From: Asterionella formosa
Lineage: Eukaryota
Reading direction: 5' to 3'
DNA: 64,000 nt
Assembly: GCA_002256025.1 (NCBI GenBank)
Contig: NKIB01012799.1
Location: forward strand, 1-64,000
The translations under genes were made by a program, and so were the position numbers. This document shows positions 12,220 through 24,452 of the stretch, piece after piece; the stretch's first letter is position 1, and every line of letters begins with the position of its first letter. The notes beneath the pieces were generated by a model. It did no database searches and was not told where the DNA came from. It worked only from the letters and a program-made list of their open reading frames with translations.

Positions 12220-14028
12220 GTGGCCATCCTAGAAGGGGAGCAAATCTTGTGCCAGGTGGGCTTGCTTATTTGGTAATGGAAGATCTGAACAAGAAGAATC
12301 GACCTCAAGACACAATTACAAGAGTTGAGCTCAGGCAGAAGCTTAATAAAGTGGCCATGAAGAAAAATCAAGACCCTGCTACATTGTTTGAGCAAGTGAG
12401 TAGTATTGAGAATCAATACAATGCTCCAGGGGTCAAGATAGATGAAGTTGATTTGATTGCTGTCATACTTGATGCAGCACCAGAAGAATATCATGCAGTA
12501 CTTACATTGGAACAGAGGCTTTGCAGTGATAAGTTAACTTTAAATGACTTGGAGACTGTGATGAATCAATTTTGGAGACAAGGGAAAACCCCAAAGACTA
12601 ATGATGGCAATGATGCTGCAGAAATATCATTGAGCGCATTTCGAGGTGTTTGCTATAATTGCAAGAAAAGGGGAATAAAGCCAATAATTGTCCTGATAAA
12701 GAACATAAAGAAGGAAAAGGAACAAGACCTAAAGGAAATGGTGAAAAGTTAAATGGAAAATGTAGCAACTGTGGAAAAGTTGGTCACAAAGAAGCAAATT
12801 GTTGGGAGAAGGAAGAGAATAAACATAAAAGGCCAGAGGGTTTTAGGTCCAGAAGTGCAGAAACTGCCGCGTTGGCAGTTGATAATGGATCAAGAGTTGA
12901 GTTTCTAATGTGTGGAATGACATTTCCTACTGATCAAGCAATATTGATGGATCCAAATGTGTGGAAAGCAGATACTACTGCTGCAACAGTCCACAATACT
13001 CCACACATTGATGATATGACCAATTTACGTTATGCAGAAAAATCAGATGCTATCACAATGGGCCAATGGGGTAAGTGAAAAAGCTGTTAAGATAGCAGAT
13101 ATTAATGGTGTCATGTGTGACAAGCATGGAGTTGAAATTGCCAAAGCAACCATGCAAGATGTGACTTTGTTGCCTATGGGCAAGTACAATATATTCAGTT
13201 TGACAAAAATGATGAAAAAGGGATGGAAATTAAGTGGTGATGATAATGAAATTGTGTTGACAATGAATTATAAAACAATAAAATTTGACATCAAAATTCA
13301 AATTCCAAAAGGTCTGTTGTATGCAATGTACATGAAGAGGGCGGTGACAGAAGTTGCTGGTGCAGGCACAGATTGTGGCGCCAAATTATCAATTACAGAA
13401 GTACATGATAAACTTGGACATATGAATGAAGATATGGCAAGGAAGACAGCAACAGTTATTGGCTGGAACTTGACTTCAGACGGCATGAAGCCATGTGAAG
13501 CTTGCGCTGCAGGAGGGAAGGCAAAGCAAAAGAACATTCCCAAAGAAAGTAAACACGAAGAAGCAAAAGAAAACAATGAACGAATTATTTGGACATAGCA
13601 ACAGTGAAAAGACAGGACAATGACAATGAAAAAGACATGAAATTACTCAAGTAAACTGGAGAATTATGGTTGATGAAAGGACTCAAATGAAATTCACAGA
13701 TTTTTTGAGATAAAAAGTGGTATGGATGAACCAACGTGTGAGCAGCTGTTTAAATGGAAGGCAAGTGGAACGCCAGTGAAGTTCATAAGGCTCGAAAATG
13801 CAGGAGAGAACCAACTGCTTAAGAATCGTTCAGAGAGCAGTGATTGGAAGATAAATGTGAAGTTTGAATTTACAGGAAGAGCCACTCCACAATGTAATCA
13901 TTTGGCTGAGTTAGGTTTTGCAGTGATTGCAAACCATGGGCATGCTATGATGCACAGAGCAAATGTACCATTGGCTGATAGGTACAAACTGTTCCAAGAA
14001 GCATTTAAAACAGCAACATTGTTGAATG
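12220..14028 (+). mobile_element. Degenerate Ty1/copia retrotransposon, gag-PR-IN part (5' truncated, frameshifted)
   Basis: Gag region with Zn knuckle CSNCGKVGHKEANC; protease-like W.ADTxATVH; GAG-pre-integrase HDKLGH...CEAC; integrase DIATVK, WRIMVDERT and IRLENAGEN. Confidence 0.9.
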
Positions 14029-15051
14029 CATCTGTAAAAAAAACTATCATGAATATATGATCAAGGGTATTGTATGCTAAGTGGCACAGGATTTTTACAT
14101 ATATGATAGTTTTTCGATCAGAAATGTGATCAATGTATCATATAATTATGATCATGCAGTAAACTTTTACCGAGCTTGAAGTATGATGATACTATCATAG
14201 TTAAATACCATTGCATCATATAACAAGTTAAACATGGTCCTATGATGTGTATACTTTTGTCATACATCTATCTTAGCATGATTGTAATTCTCATCGATAT
14301 TACTGTCTAAAATAGGATGAAATTGATCGAAATTTTGAACTATATTTAAGAATGGTTTTATGTTTCTATATCTTAAGTGGCTACAGAGGAATGTTCTACA
14401 ATGCTCTCATCGCAATGATTGGTGCTTCAGCTTTCACTTCCGCATTCCCCCCAATCCATTTCTGAAGGTTGTTGTACTGGTTGCCTTGCTGTTGTTGGCC
14501 TGCGTTGTTCCATTTCCTCCTGACGGATCTGAGTTTGTATTCACGCATTTTCCTATTACTATTGAATCTGTTTAGTTGTTCCAATCAGCCATACTAACAA
14601 AGAGAATCAATTCATGATTGTTAGCTGTTCATGTTTTGCTTACACATTAACATGCATTTTGCTTCTTTCTTCACTTACCACAAATTGAGGAAGTAACTGA
14701 TGCATATTTCTGTAAAATAATGTGCGTGTCAGTTGAAGATTAAATGAGAAAGTATTGACCAATAAATGGGCTCCAACACTGCTGTTTGTAACTTACAAAT
14801 ACTGTTTGTCTACCATCATCCTGAAAGAAGCAACACATATGTGTCAGTTTTTCTAACAGTTGTGGGTTGATCAAAAGATGGCTGATAGCACTTACCGATT
14901 TCTTTTGTCCACATTGATGGTTGGCCAACCACCGAATCGAAAAGGAGCTATTGAATCACTGAAAGGGGACAAGTCATTCCGTATTTGTAATCCCAGCAAA
15001 TGATCATCCTGACATTTGCTCTTGACAAACCGTGATACTATGCACAGCTTG

Positions 15052-15362
15052 TTGATTCCGCCCTTTACCATCATATTCACTCATTCTTAGCCGCATGGTG
15101 TATCATCGTGCTGTATTGTCACTTCAGTTTTTCGCATCATGTGTTGCTTGAGATCCTTCATTTCAGGAAGTGAATGCATGACAAGGAACATGAAAGGCAT
15201 TTGCTCTTGACTTGTTACCATCAATTGATTCCGCCCTTCTCTTCTAAGCCGCAAGTATCGCTCATTGTGCTTTATTATCACTTTCGTTTTCCGCGTCATC
15301 ATGTGTGATGATCCTTCATTTCAGGAGCAAAATGCTGTATGCATGACAAGGAACATGAAAAC
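15052..15362 (+). repeat. Imperfect tandem duplication (~170-bp unit) inside the nested transposon
   Basis: TTGATTCCGCCCTT...GATCCTTCATTTCAGGA...ATGCATGACAAGGAACATGAAA occurs twice. Confidence 0.7.
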
Positions 15363-16342
15363 ATGTTTAAATGTTTCAGCCATGAATACATATATATAAA
15401 AATTTGTATGAACATTTGCATAGTTTTAAACATGCTCATTATACGGCACATCCTGTGTATACTAATATCAATTTTGATTATACATAATTCAAATATATAC
15501 AATGCATGATGAGTTCATAGTTTTCCATGACCTGTTGAAGTTTTTCAACTTGTTTTGTGTCAATTCTTGTACCTACAAGTCAGTGGCTGATTTAATTAAG
15601 CCCCTTAATAAATGGGAGTCATCACCAATTTTTCAAATGGTCGAAATCATACATTTATGTATATAGACATATTGACCAAAATTCATATGGCCTACCAGTA
15701 GTACTGTATACTTGCTGGGAAGTATTTCTATCATGGAAATACCACAATAGTGCAGCTGAAAACTGAATATGCTCATGTGTGTAGGATCATTTGATCATAT
15801 TTTTAAGATCAATTAATCCTGATTCTTGAAAATAAATCTTCTATTTTCTCATCAACGACACCGTTTATCATATGATCAAAGGTAAAGAATAAACGAATCA
15901 ACATTGATTGATTAAAGATCATAGTTTATACCGGAGTAGTTGCTCATGCATGCAACCCCTTCCCCCCCTGTATACAGTACGGAAGTGATAACCCCCAAGC
16001 TACCAAATTTTTATGTCTTGTAAGAATTATCGCAGCATGCATGCATACATGACTCCTACTGGTAAATAGAATGCGGAAATGATGACCACCAGACTACCAA
16101 TCCTAAAGGTTGTGTAGAATTGTCGCAACATGGCTGCATATCTAATGAAAGGGCGGGAGGAGTCATGATCCATGCACCTGTATGATATGAAATATGGATA
16201 TGATCAAATATAGTCTACAAAAGGAGCAGTGCATCATAGATGCCCTGTTATTTTAATTCCTATGAAATCTCGCTCTTGATCTGTTCTGCGCTTTTTCGAC
16301 ACAATTGTTTTCATTGGCTGGCTGTTTCACTGGACAGCATTC

Positions 16343-17414
16343 GAATTGATTGTGCTTCGAACAAAGCAATGATCAAAGTCCACCCCATTGCAGAATGGTA
16401 GCTAAGTCTCAAAACTATGAATCAGCCAGGCGATTAAAATGGGGCTGTCTTTTTGTGCACCCTTGCTTGTTGTGTTTGTACATTGACTTGGCAACTGTCA
16501 GCCAAGGTATGTCACCATTTATTGTGTATACGATTTTTCGAATGCATTCAGCTATGATAACTTTTGCTCCCCCCTCCTAAACACTATCTCACCACCCTTA
16601 TCGTAGATTTTTCTTTATCCTTTGGCCTCACAGGCCCAGGTTACTCAATGCCTTCATCTGCAAGGAGTTCAGCCAATCAGGCCCATGTTGGCATCAAGAA
16701 AACCTCAACCCCGATTTTCCTCACATGCTCCACCCATTGACTTCTTCATTGATCAAGTCGAGGTAGTTATATTGACGACATCAGGTGGCGCAGGCTTGTG
16801 TATAGCTAGAATGATGATGCCGAAAGCATTGCTTCCTTTTCCCGTAGGTACCTATTTGTCGACATTTTTTGGATTCAATCTATTCTTGTTCCCGCAAGAC
16901 CAGAAGCAATTATCCCTTTACTTCTCCTCCCATGAACCTTTATTTCTCTTTCACAATTGTCCTGATGTTTGCAGAGCATTTTTAGTTCCCTTTTGATTTT
17001 CCCACTGGTTTCGATCCCTTATGCATTCAAGTCAAGAAACAAGCAACTCAGTTCTGGAGGTTTTGGTCAAAGGCACCATGCTTACAGCAAGCAACAATCA
17101 ACAGATCATGGTGGCTGTTCTCCATTTTCTGTAGCAAGTGACAAAGTGACATTCAAGAAGGGTCTGGGATCATTGGGGAGAAAAATTAGTAGGATTCTCT
17201 GTGTTTGCCCCGCCCGTTTGGCAGCCATTCTACCATTGCTTCCTCGCACCAATCAATACTAGCTAGTATAGCTAATGAAAACCGTAATTAGATGAAATGT
17301 GACTTCCGGTTTCTAATATTTTACATTGTTGCACTACTGAAACTTGAATCCATAAATGGGCATTCAATTTGTGCTTCTTGCATTTTTGAAGTATAGACTG
17401 GCTGGTGGTCAATA
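16343..17414 (+). repeat. Dispersed repeat, copy 1 (inverted copy at 32557-33350)
   Basis: Shared blocks such as AAGCAATGATCAAAGTCCACCCCAT, GTTTGTACATTGACTTGGCAACTGTCAGCCAAG and GTATAGACTGGCTGGTGGTCAATA. Confidence 0.85.
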
Positions 17415-18454
17415 GGCCAAAGTGTCTCGCTTTTCATGAACATCTACAAAGTACTAGTACTAGTGCTTTTGTCAAGGTTTGTGTCTAAATCCAAATGTTG
17501 CCATCCATTGAACCATTCTAGATACATCAAAGAATACTCTACTGTCTTCAAAGGTCAGGAACTAGTAAGATGACAAAGGAAATCTAATGAGACATGAAAA
17601 TTACGAAACCAGAATCACTCTGTTACTATAAATAGATGGCACAGTCTAATGCTTCTTTGTGCATATCACCTGCTATGCTGCGTTTCAATTCTAGATGTAT
17701 TATGTTCTTGTTAGAGAGACGATGTTACAGAGAAGTAGATTGTGCTGTTCTATAATGGATGTTGTTTAGCTATGATTGAGGTTGTAACACTGATTGATGC
17801 TCTGGTGACAGACCGGAAATATTTGTCTTGTGTGATGAGCCATTTCATTTTCATTGGATTTCTTTTCAAGCTCTTAACGGATTGCATAGTACGAACATAC
17901 TGTGCAATGTAGATGATGATTCATCGAAGACATGTGATGACTTGAACAACAAATGAAGATTTTATCACAAACACTCGTTCCTCTCGACAAGGCTGGTTTG
18001 TTGTTGTTGCTGCAAGAATCAGAGTGAGGACTGGTGAGGATGATGAGCCAAACCACATTACTCTAACTGGTACATTATCCTACAAAGAAATTTAAGTAAA
18101 GGAACCTAAATGAAACAATACATATAATAATTAAATTTCCATAGTCAAAAGGGTTGCTAATTAAATTACGAGGGCATTTATCAAAATTATTAGATAATAT
18201 AACGAAAAATTATGATCAGATGATCATAATCCTATGATTCATCATAGGAATATGATGGTTTTTATTTGCAGACGATGGCTGCTTGGAGTAGACTGGTAGA
18301 TAGAATGAAAAAAGTATTACCATTACATCATAGTTGCAGTGAAGAAATGCAACACACAGTCACAAGCTTCAATGAATCAGAACAAATCGCAGTTTCCACC
18401 TGCCTCCAAATACGAAACTACTGACAAAACACCAGAAGACCATCTCTCCAATTA

Positions 18455-18838
18455 TGTGTTAAATTATCTGTGACAGAAGCAGAATTGGTTGCAACCATGC
18501 AATGTCCGCAGGATATGCTGTATGTCATGAGGGTTCTGGAGTCAATGTAACTCAACAAGGTGAAGAAACCAATGAGACTAAGCATCGATAATAAAGGTGC
18601 AGTCGATCTAACAAATAATTGGAATGTTGGAGGTCGACTGGATGTGCGATATTATTTTTTTACAGGAATTGAAGGAAGAGAATATCATAATCTCTGAGTG
18701 GATTGGTACAGAAAACAATCATAGTGATTTATTCACAAAGAATTTGGCAAGAAATTTATTTGAAAAACATACTGCAACGTTCTGTGGTCATGATAAGTAT
18801 ATGAAGAGCCATGAAGATAGAGACTCTCAAGGGGAGGG
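18455..18838 (+). mobile_element. Copia RNase H remnant and polypurine tract
   Basis: Translates as LSVTEAELVA..Q..QDML, IDNKGAVDL and N.SDLFTKNL (copia RNase H). PPT AAGGGGAGGG at 18829-18838. Confidence 0.85.
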
Positions 18839-19092
18839 TGTTGGAGGTTGTAAAGACTCCGGGTGACGTTGAGAGTCTGATGAGTCAAGTCGTGAAATGT
18901 CTCATGGGACTGAAAGTGGGATCAAAATTAGTTGGAGTGGAAGTCTTGAATTGTATTTGGTAAGATTGAGTTTCTTCAGGATTAAGTTTGGCAGGACCAG
19001 TTGGCAAGATTGATAGTTTAGAAATCATTACAATTAGTTTACAATCTGAGAAACCTTAACATGAGTAAGGTAGTCTTTGGAGCCCTTCAACA
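18839..19092 (+). repeat. Putative 3' LTR of the copia element
   Basis: Begins TGTTG directly after the PPT and ends CAACA at 19092 (alternative end TTAACA at 19061). No matching 5' LTR seen. Confidence 0.6.
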
Positions 19093-20322
19093 CAGGATTT
19101 TTAAGCAATTGATACTTTTGCATTTATATGGTTTAGCATGATTAATACATACTATACGTATGATCATTCAATCATACGTAAAGAAACATTACTTTCAATA
19201 ATTTGTCAGAGATGATCCTGATGCATGGAATAAGCATCATGATTTTTGCAGCATATTTCTGTTTAAATTATTTTCATTCATTGTACAATAATATGCACAA
19301 TTCATTAATAATAATTACACATAATCATCATAGTAAATATCGCCCCACCTTACATGGGCCATGAAGCACAATGAAGACGCATCTAGAAACAGACAAGCAA
19401 TAGCTAATGCGCTATAAAAATGATTAATAAATATGGTACAACAATTGTTCAACAATTCTTGTTAATATGATCAACATTTGCATTCATTCTTATTTCTTAT
19501 GCATGATAAATGAATATAAATTGTCCTTAAGACACATCATATAATTAGCTAAAGAACACTATCCAATTCTTTTTTCTTTCATTATATATCTATCTTAACA
19601 TGATTGCAATTCTAATCAAATTCACCATTCAATCTATGTTCCAATGGATCGTAATTCAACTATGATTGATAAGGACAACATCGCCCGCTCAAATCTCGTT
19701 GTATCGTCTCTTGTATGAAAGACACAAAATAATTTGCATTGGAAACAGGATGGCTGCTCAAAGGGAATATCATGCCAGCTGAGCAATTCATGTTGCCATA
19801 CAAAGTAGGATATAACAATAGAACAACGGTAACTTGTCTTCGATCATGGAATGAGCAACTGCGATAGTGGCGATGATGGCAAAAAAGAAAATGACGGAAC
19901 TCATTTTGATGATTGGAACTGTTACATGTCCGATGGTATGGTCCATGTAAGTGCACCAACCGTAGAATGTATATGAAACAATATGTACTCTATTCGTGTT
20001 TTATCATTATCATAGTGACATGATGTTGCATTCAGTTTCCCGCAAATATTTGAGTGGCCAGCCAATGTAAAACAGCATTTGGCGATATGTACATGTTCGC
20101 TATCAGTATATTTATGTTAAATTGGTTTCGAATAATTTATATAGATGCTAAAAGCTTAATTAGTGATTAAGAGTTTTTACTCACATCTAAATAACTAGTA
20201 ACAAACTCATTTTTTCGAGTAAGCCGACTCTCACTTAGAAAAATGGTATATTTTCTACGTATTCCGTCCTAGAAATAAGTACATCACTAAGTGGTGATCA
20301 CCATGCGTACAGACGGTTTTAA

Positions 20323-20759
20323 GGTTGCGGCCCCGCAATTACACATCACGAGGTCTGTTTTTTAAAAATAATTTTATTATGTACTTCAATCCACACAGTA
20401 CGAGCAACGAAATAAAATAGCTGGAGGTAAAATTAGCTTTCACCAATACGACCACTTTGCTAATGCTTAGATACAGTCATGCAGTTGGCACATTGCTTCC
20501 TGATTTATATACCGGTATGTGTTTTGGCGTTGAGCAAAATTATGTCTACATACAGCAACGTAGAAAAAGTATAAACGTTTAAATATCATAATTTTTTTAA
20601 ATGGAACTCTATCAATCTGGCCCCGATTCCTATTTAATTCAAATATTCAAATGGACACTCGAATCATGAGAATTCATAGTAGGAAATTCCCTGTTCCACG
20701 CCGTTTTTACAACCCTAGCGATATTTTCTCCGAACTAGGGTTAAGCCGGGGCCGCAACC
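20323..20759. mobile_element. MITE (437 bp) with 13-bp perfect TIR and TTAA TSD (Kolobok-like)
   Basis: TTAA|GGTTGCGGCCCCG ... CGGGGCCGCAACC|TTAA. Confidence 0.8.
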
Positions 20760-23177
20760 TTAAAGAGTGAATTGAGGACATTTTCTATGTAAGTAAACGC
20801 CTGTCCTGCATCACGTTATCCATTTCAGCAAAATGACTGCAACTTGCAGGTACTGCTATGTTTTGCATCTCAACCATTGCATAATAACCCAGCTACCGGT
20901 TTCATTTCCATGTGGCTAGGTCTACCAGCAGTTCATTATACTAATATATAGTATACTGGAATATTATAAATGTTTCACGTACATAATTAAATTTGATTTT
21001 GTTCTGCCCTGGTATGCTTTATGTAGTTTTATGATTAAACATCTTTGTCTCGACCATGACGAACTCATTAGAACAAATATCTCAAAGACAATTGACAATG
21101 AAGCAAGTATTGCTACTTCATACATGTATCTAGCCTAACATAGATAATTTTAATCGTTCAATAATATTTTTTGCATTCATTGACAACAAAAATTGAAATT
21201 GCTGCTAGAATTTGTTTTTGTCGTCGTTTTCTCAGTTTCGAGGATACCAACAAAGTAGAGACATCATTGATTCCACAGTGGCTCATTGATAACTTTTTCT
21301 AGATAGTTATTCATATCTACTGTAATGAGAAAATTTGAACCAACAAAATCGCGAAAATGGTGCAATAGCTCAAGATGCAAGAAAATGCCTCAACTTTTTT
21401 GTACTGATTTTCATGTATGTACTAATTTGTTGTGGTTATTAATTCTATGGAATCTTGAGTAGTTCATTCTCAAGCTAAATATAGACATTCATGCAGACAT
21501 AACGCATTGCATCGCTTATTCTTTACTCGCTAGAAAATTCGCATTGTGTAAATAGTCATGAATTCGCGGAACTAACTCATTGTGCGTTTTCGGACATCTT
21601 CTGCAACAAAGACAATTTTTCGGAAGTCCTGTGAGTGCAACTCATGATTGGAAGTTACACAATTGGCAATCTGAAGGACAGGCATATGAGCATGGGTGGG
21701 TTACCAGTGCGGTTCAAGAAATGTCCTCACATTCATATTCTCTTTCCAATTGATGAGGAATGAGCGATGTGTTTCTTCAATCAAATTGTGTTCTCACTGA
21801 CAACAAAATGAGTGGCAGCAGTACCATGTGTAAATAGAGCTCCATGTAATTTCAGCTTGTCGGCCTGCTTCAACAGCCAAATCAAGTAAATGATACCTGA
21901 AAACTGAATATGGAATCTTGAACATGCGTCTGGATCTCTTGGTTTCTCTTCCATTTGGTCCCCCCCCCCCAATGTATGGCCTTAATGGAAGGATCAAGAA
22001 AAATTGTGCATGATTCTTTGGATTTCTTCTTGAGTTGAGTTCTGTAAAACTTGTGCTTTTCAATTGTGTTGTCCTCCCCAAAAGAGGAGGATGACAGGAG
22101 TATGCTGTCATCACCACCGTTTTCCTTGTCCCGCCCCCTCATCCTTGTCACTTTCATGAATGATGGAAATGGCTGCATTGTAGAGGTTTAGGCCGATTGA
22201 TTCTGCAAGCTATTCTGATGGCTGCTGCCTGCTGTGGTGAGTAGAGGAACAGATGATGGAATGGTGGGCAAGGACATGCCAAGTTTGAAGAGGAAGCAAC
22301 ACAGTGAATGGCAGAAACGAGCGTGAATGCAACGATGAGAACAGTGAATGCAAGAACAAAATTGCTAATAATATGTAGTGTAGCTACTAAATATGTGTAT
22401 ATTATCAGGCGGGAACACAGCATGTCTATTCATGGTAATCTAAAATTAAAATTGAACATTCTATTTGATTCTTGATGTGTGGCCACACCAGAAAATTGGC
22501 TGTTTAAGCTGTGTTTTTTTTGGCTATGATGACTGACACGATAAAATGTGATGCCCAGACACACAAAAACATTTTTTAGTTGAATTGGAACAAATCAATG
22601 ACGTAGTGGCACCACAATGTTTCAATCTAGTACTCCGGGCATATGTATGATTTCTTGATGCGAGTTTGTCTCTAATCCATCAAAGCACTAGTATCATCAA
22701 AACAAATATTTCTGTATCCAAATGTTACACTTTACCTTTGAAGGATTCTCCTGCCAATGTTGGACATATCTGCAATGACATTTCAAAGAAATGCATCATA
22801 GAAATGATGCTGAAAATGACAGTGAGGATGTCAATAGAAAGAACAATGTGCCATACAGCCATTTCATGATGTTTATCATTGGCTATATAAGATAAAAAAA
22901 TATGCTATCACAGATTTTCTAATTTACATAGGAGTTTCCCATTGCCCAATTCTCAAATCATTACATATGCAAATGTTGCCTGGAATACAACTTCATCAAA
23001 AGTATGGAATTCGTGACAAGCATTTTCAGTGATAACTCATGCAGTTACAGGGAAGGACTGCAGAAAAACCAAGAATGCTATATTTTTTATAGAGTTACTT
23101 TTTTGCAATACCACCAAATTTCCATATAGGAAAATGATATTTCGTCTCCCATTAGGAGCTATTTCGATATTTAATTC

Positions 23178-23200
23178 CCCTAACCCTAACCCTAACCCTA
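23178..23200 (+). repeat. Short interstitial (CCCTAA)n tract
   Basis: CCCTAACCCTAACCCTAACCCTA, about 3.8 units. Confidence 0.8.
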
Positions 23201-23570
23201 GACTCTTCCAAGGTACCACTGAATCATGGTCATACATACGGGGGCATCTGCAGAAAAAGGGAACTTCCACCTGGCAGACTTGTGATGGACGATGACATGA
23301 TAATGAGCAATCATACCTTGAACATAATATGGACACACGATACCATACATAAACGATCTCTTATTAGTATATATTTTATACAGCACATATTGCTTACCGG
23401 TATACATGTATCAATTTACATTACTATAGGTACCTGGTACCAAAAGTTAGTCTAAATAACAAGGATAATCGAGGTGCGTCTAATTGTCTTTATTTTGTCC
23501 ACAGTCGGCCGTCCAGCAAAACGTCAATTGCTTCCGTCGCTTGTTATACTCCTCAGCTGAACGACCTACC

Positions 23571-24321
23571 ATGCTGGAGTTTCGTGCGGCGGCTCTGCCG
23601 CTCCTCCTGCTGATATTTGTAGTGTTATATGCTGATGCATCAAGCAATCAAAACAGATTAACCATACCTTCATGCGTATCGCCGCAAACATCAAAAATAG
23701 TGAGGTTACCATTTGTACTGACAAGGGGAGGCTCCATCAGCGATTCGGATGATGACGAAGTTGACCTAGATGAGGAAGGAGAAGAAGAAGACGACGACGA
23801 CGAAGAAGAAATCGAAGATGAAGTAGCTGAGCTAGATCCAGTGTTGGTAAAGGCTGCCAAAAAGGCTTCTCACAAGTCCAAGGAAAAACTGACTGCAGCT
23901 GTCAAGGCGAAGGTATCGGCGAAGCTGGCGGCGCCTGCACTAAAAACGAAGAAATCAGGCGGCCTCTTCAAAAGTATTCCATATATTATTCGGGCTTCCC
24001 TTAATCCGTTCACTTTGATTGCCATGACAAAGGCGTATTTTGAGTCTCTGTTCAACCTCAATTACCTCCAAGAGGTGCGATTTTGTTGTGTTAAAATCTT
24101 TCGTTTCGCTCCTTCTGTCAATAAAATTACTGTTAATTCGAAAATTGTCCTCTCAACTGTGTTTTTTTTAATTACAGGATAAGTCACAAGGATTGCGATC
24201 AGCACTGGAAGAAAAGGCAAAGCATGCTGGCTCAGGCGGATTGCGCAAGGGGAAGCGACAAATGAAACCTGGGCAAGCAAAAACTCTAAATGACTTGCCT
24301 CAACTCAGCACCTGAGGTTAA
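23571..24321 (+). CDS. Putative selenoprotein, SelK/SelS-like (215 aa, penultimate Sec); exons 23571-24074 and 24178-24321
   Basis: Signal peptide, D/E tract, hydrophobic segment ending YFESLF and a G/K/R-rich tail. In-frame TGA at 24313-24315 is followed by GGT TAA, with a SECIS about 70 nt downstream. Confidence 0.75.
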
Positions 24322-24358
24322 AGGAGGACAGACTGGATTGACAGTGGGGAGGACTCAT

Positions 24359-24452
24359 CGCATTCATTTTGTTCGAATCATATCGAACTTGAATGACGAG
24401 GCCGCACTCAACCATCTATATATGGAGGTGTGGCTTCTGAGAAGAGAATGCG
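24359..24452 (+). promoter_or_regulatory. Eukaryotic SECIS element (type II) in the 3' UTR
   Basis: ATGAC (24393-97) and TGAG (24438-41) form the quartet. 11-bp helix GAGGCCGCACT:GGTGTGGCTTC, apical AA (24410-11), mini-helix CCAT/ATGG and lower stem CGCATTC:GAATGCG. Confidence 0.8.

Larger units (their letters stand above)
14029..18274. mobile_element. Non-autonomous CACTA/EnSpm-like DNA transposon nested in the copia integrase
   Basis: Left end CATCTGTAAAAAAAACTATCAT; right end, reverse-complemented, CGTCTGCAAATAAAAACCATCAT. 3-bp TSD ATG at 14026-14028 and 18275-18277. ATCAT/TGATC-rich subterminal sequence. Confidence 0.7.
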
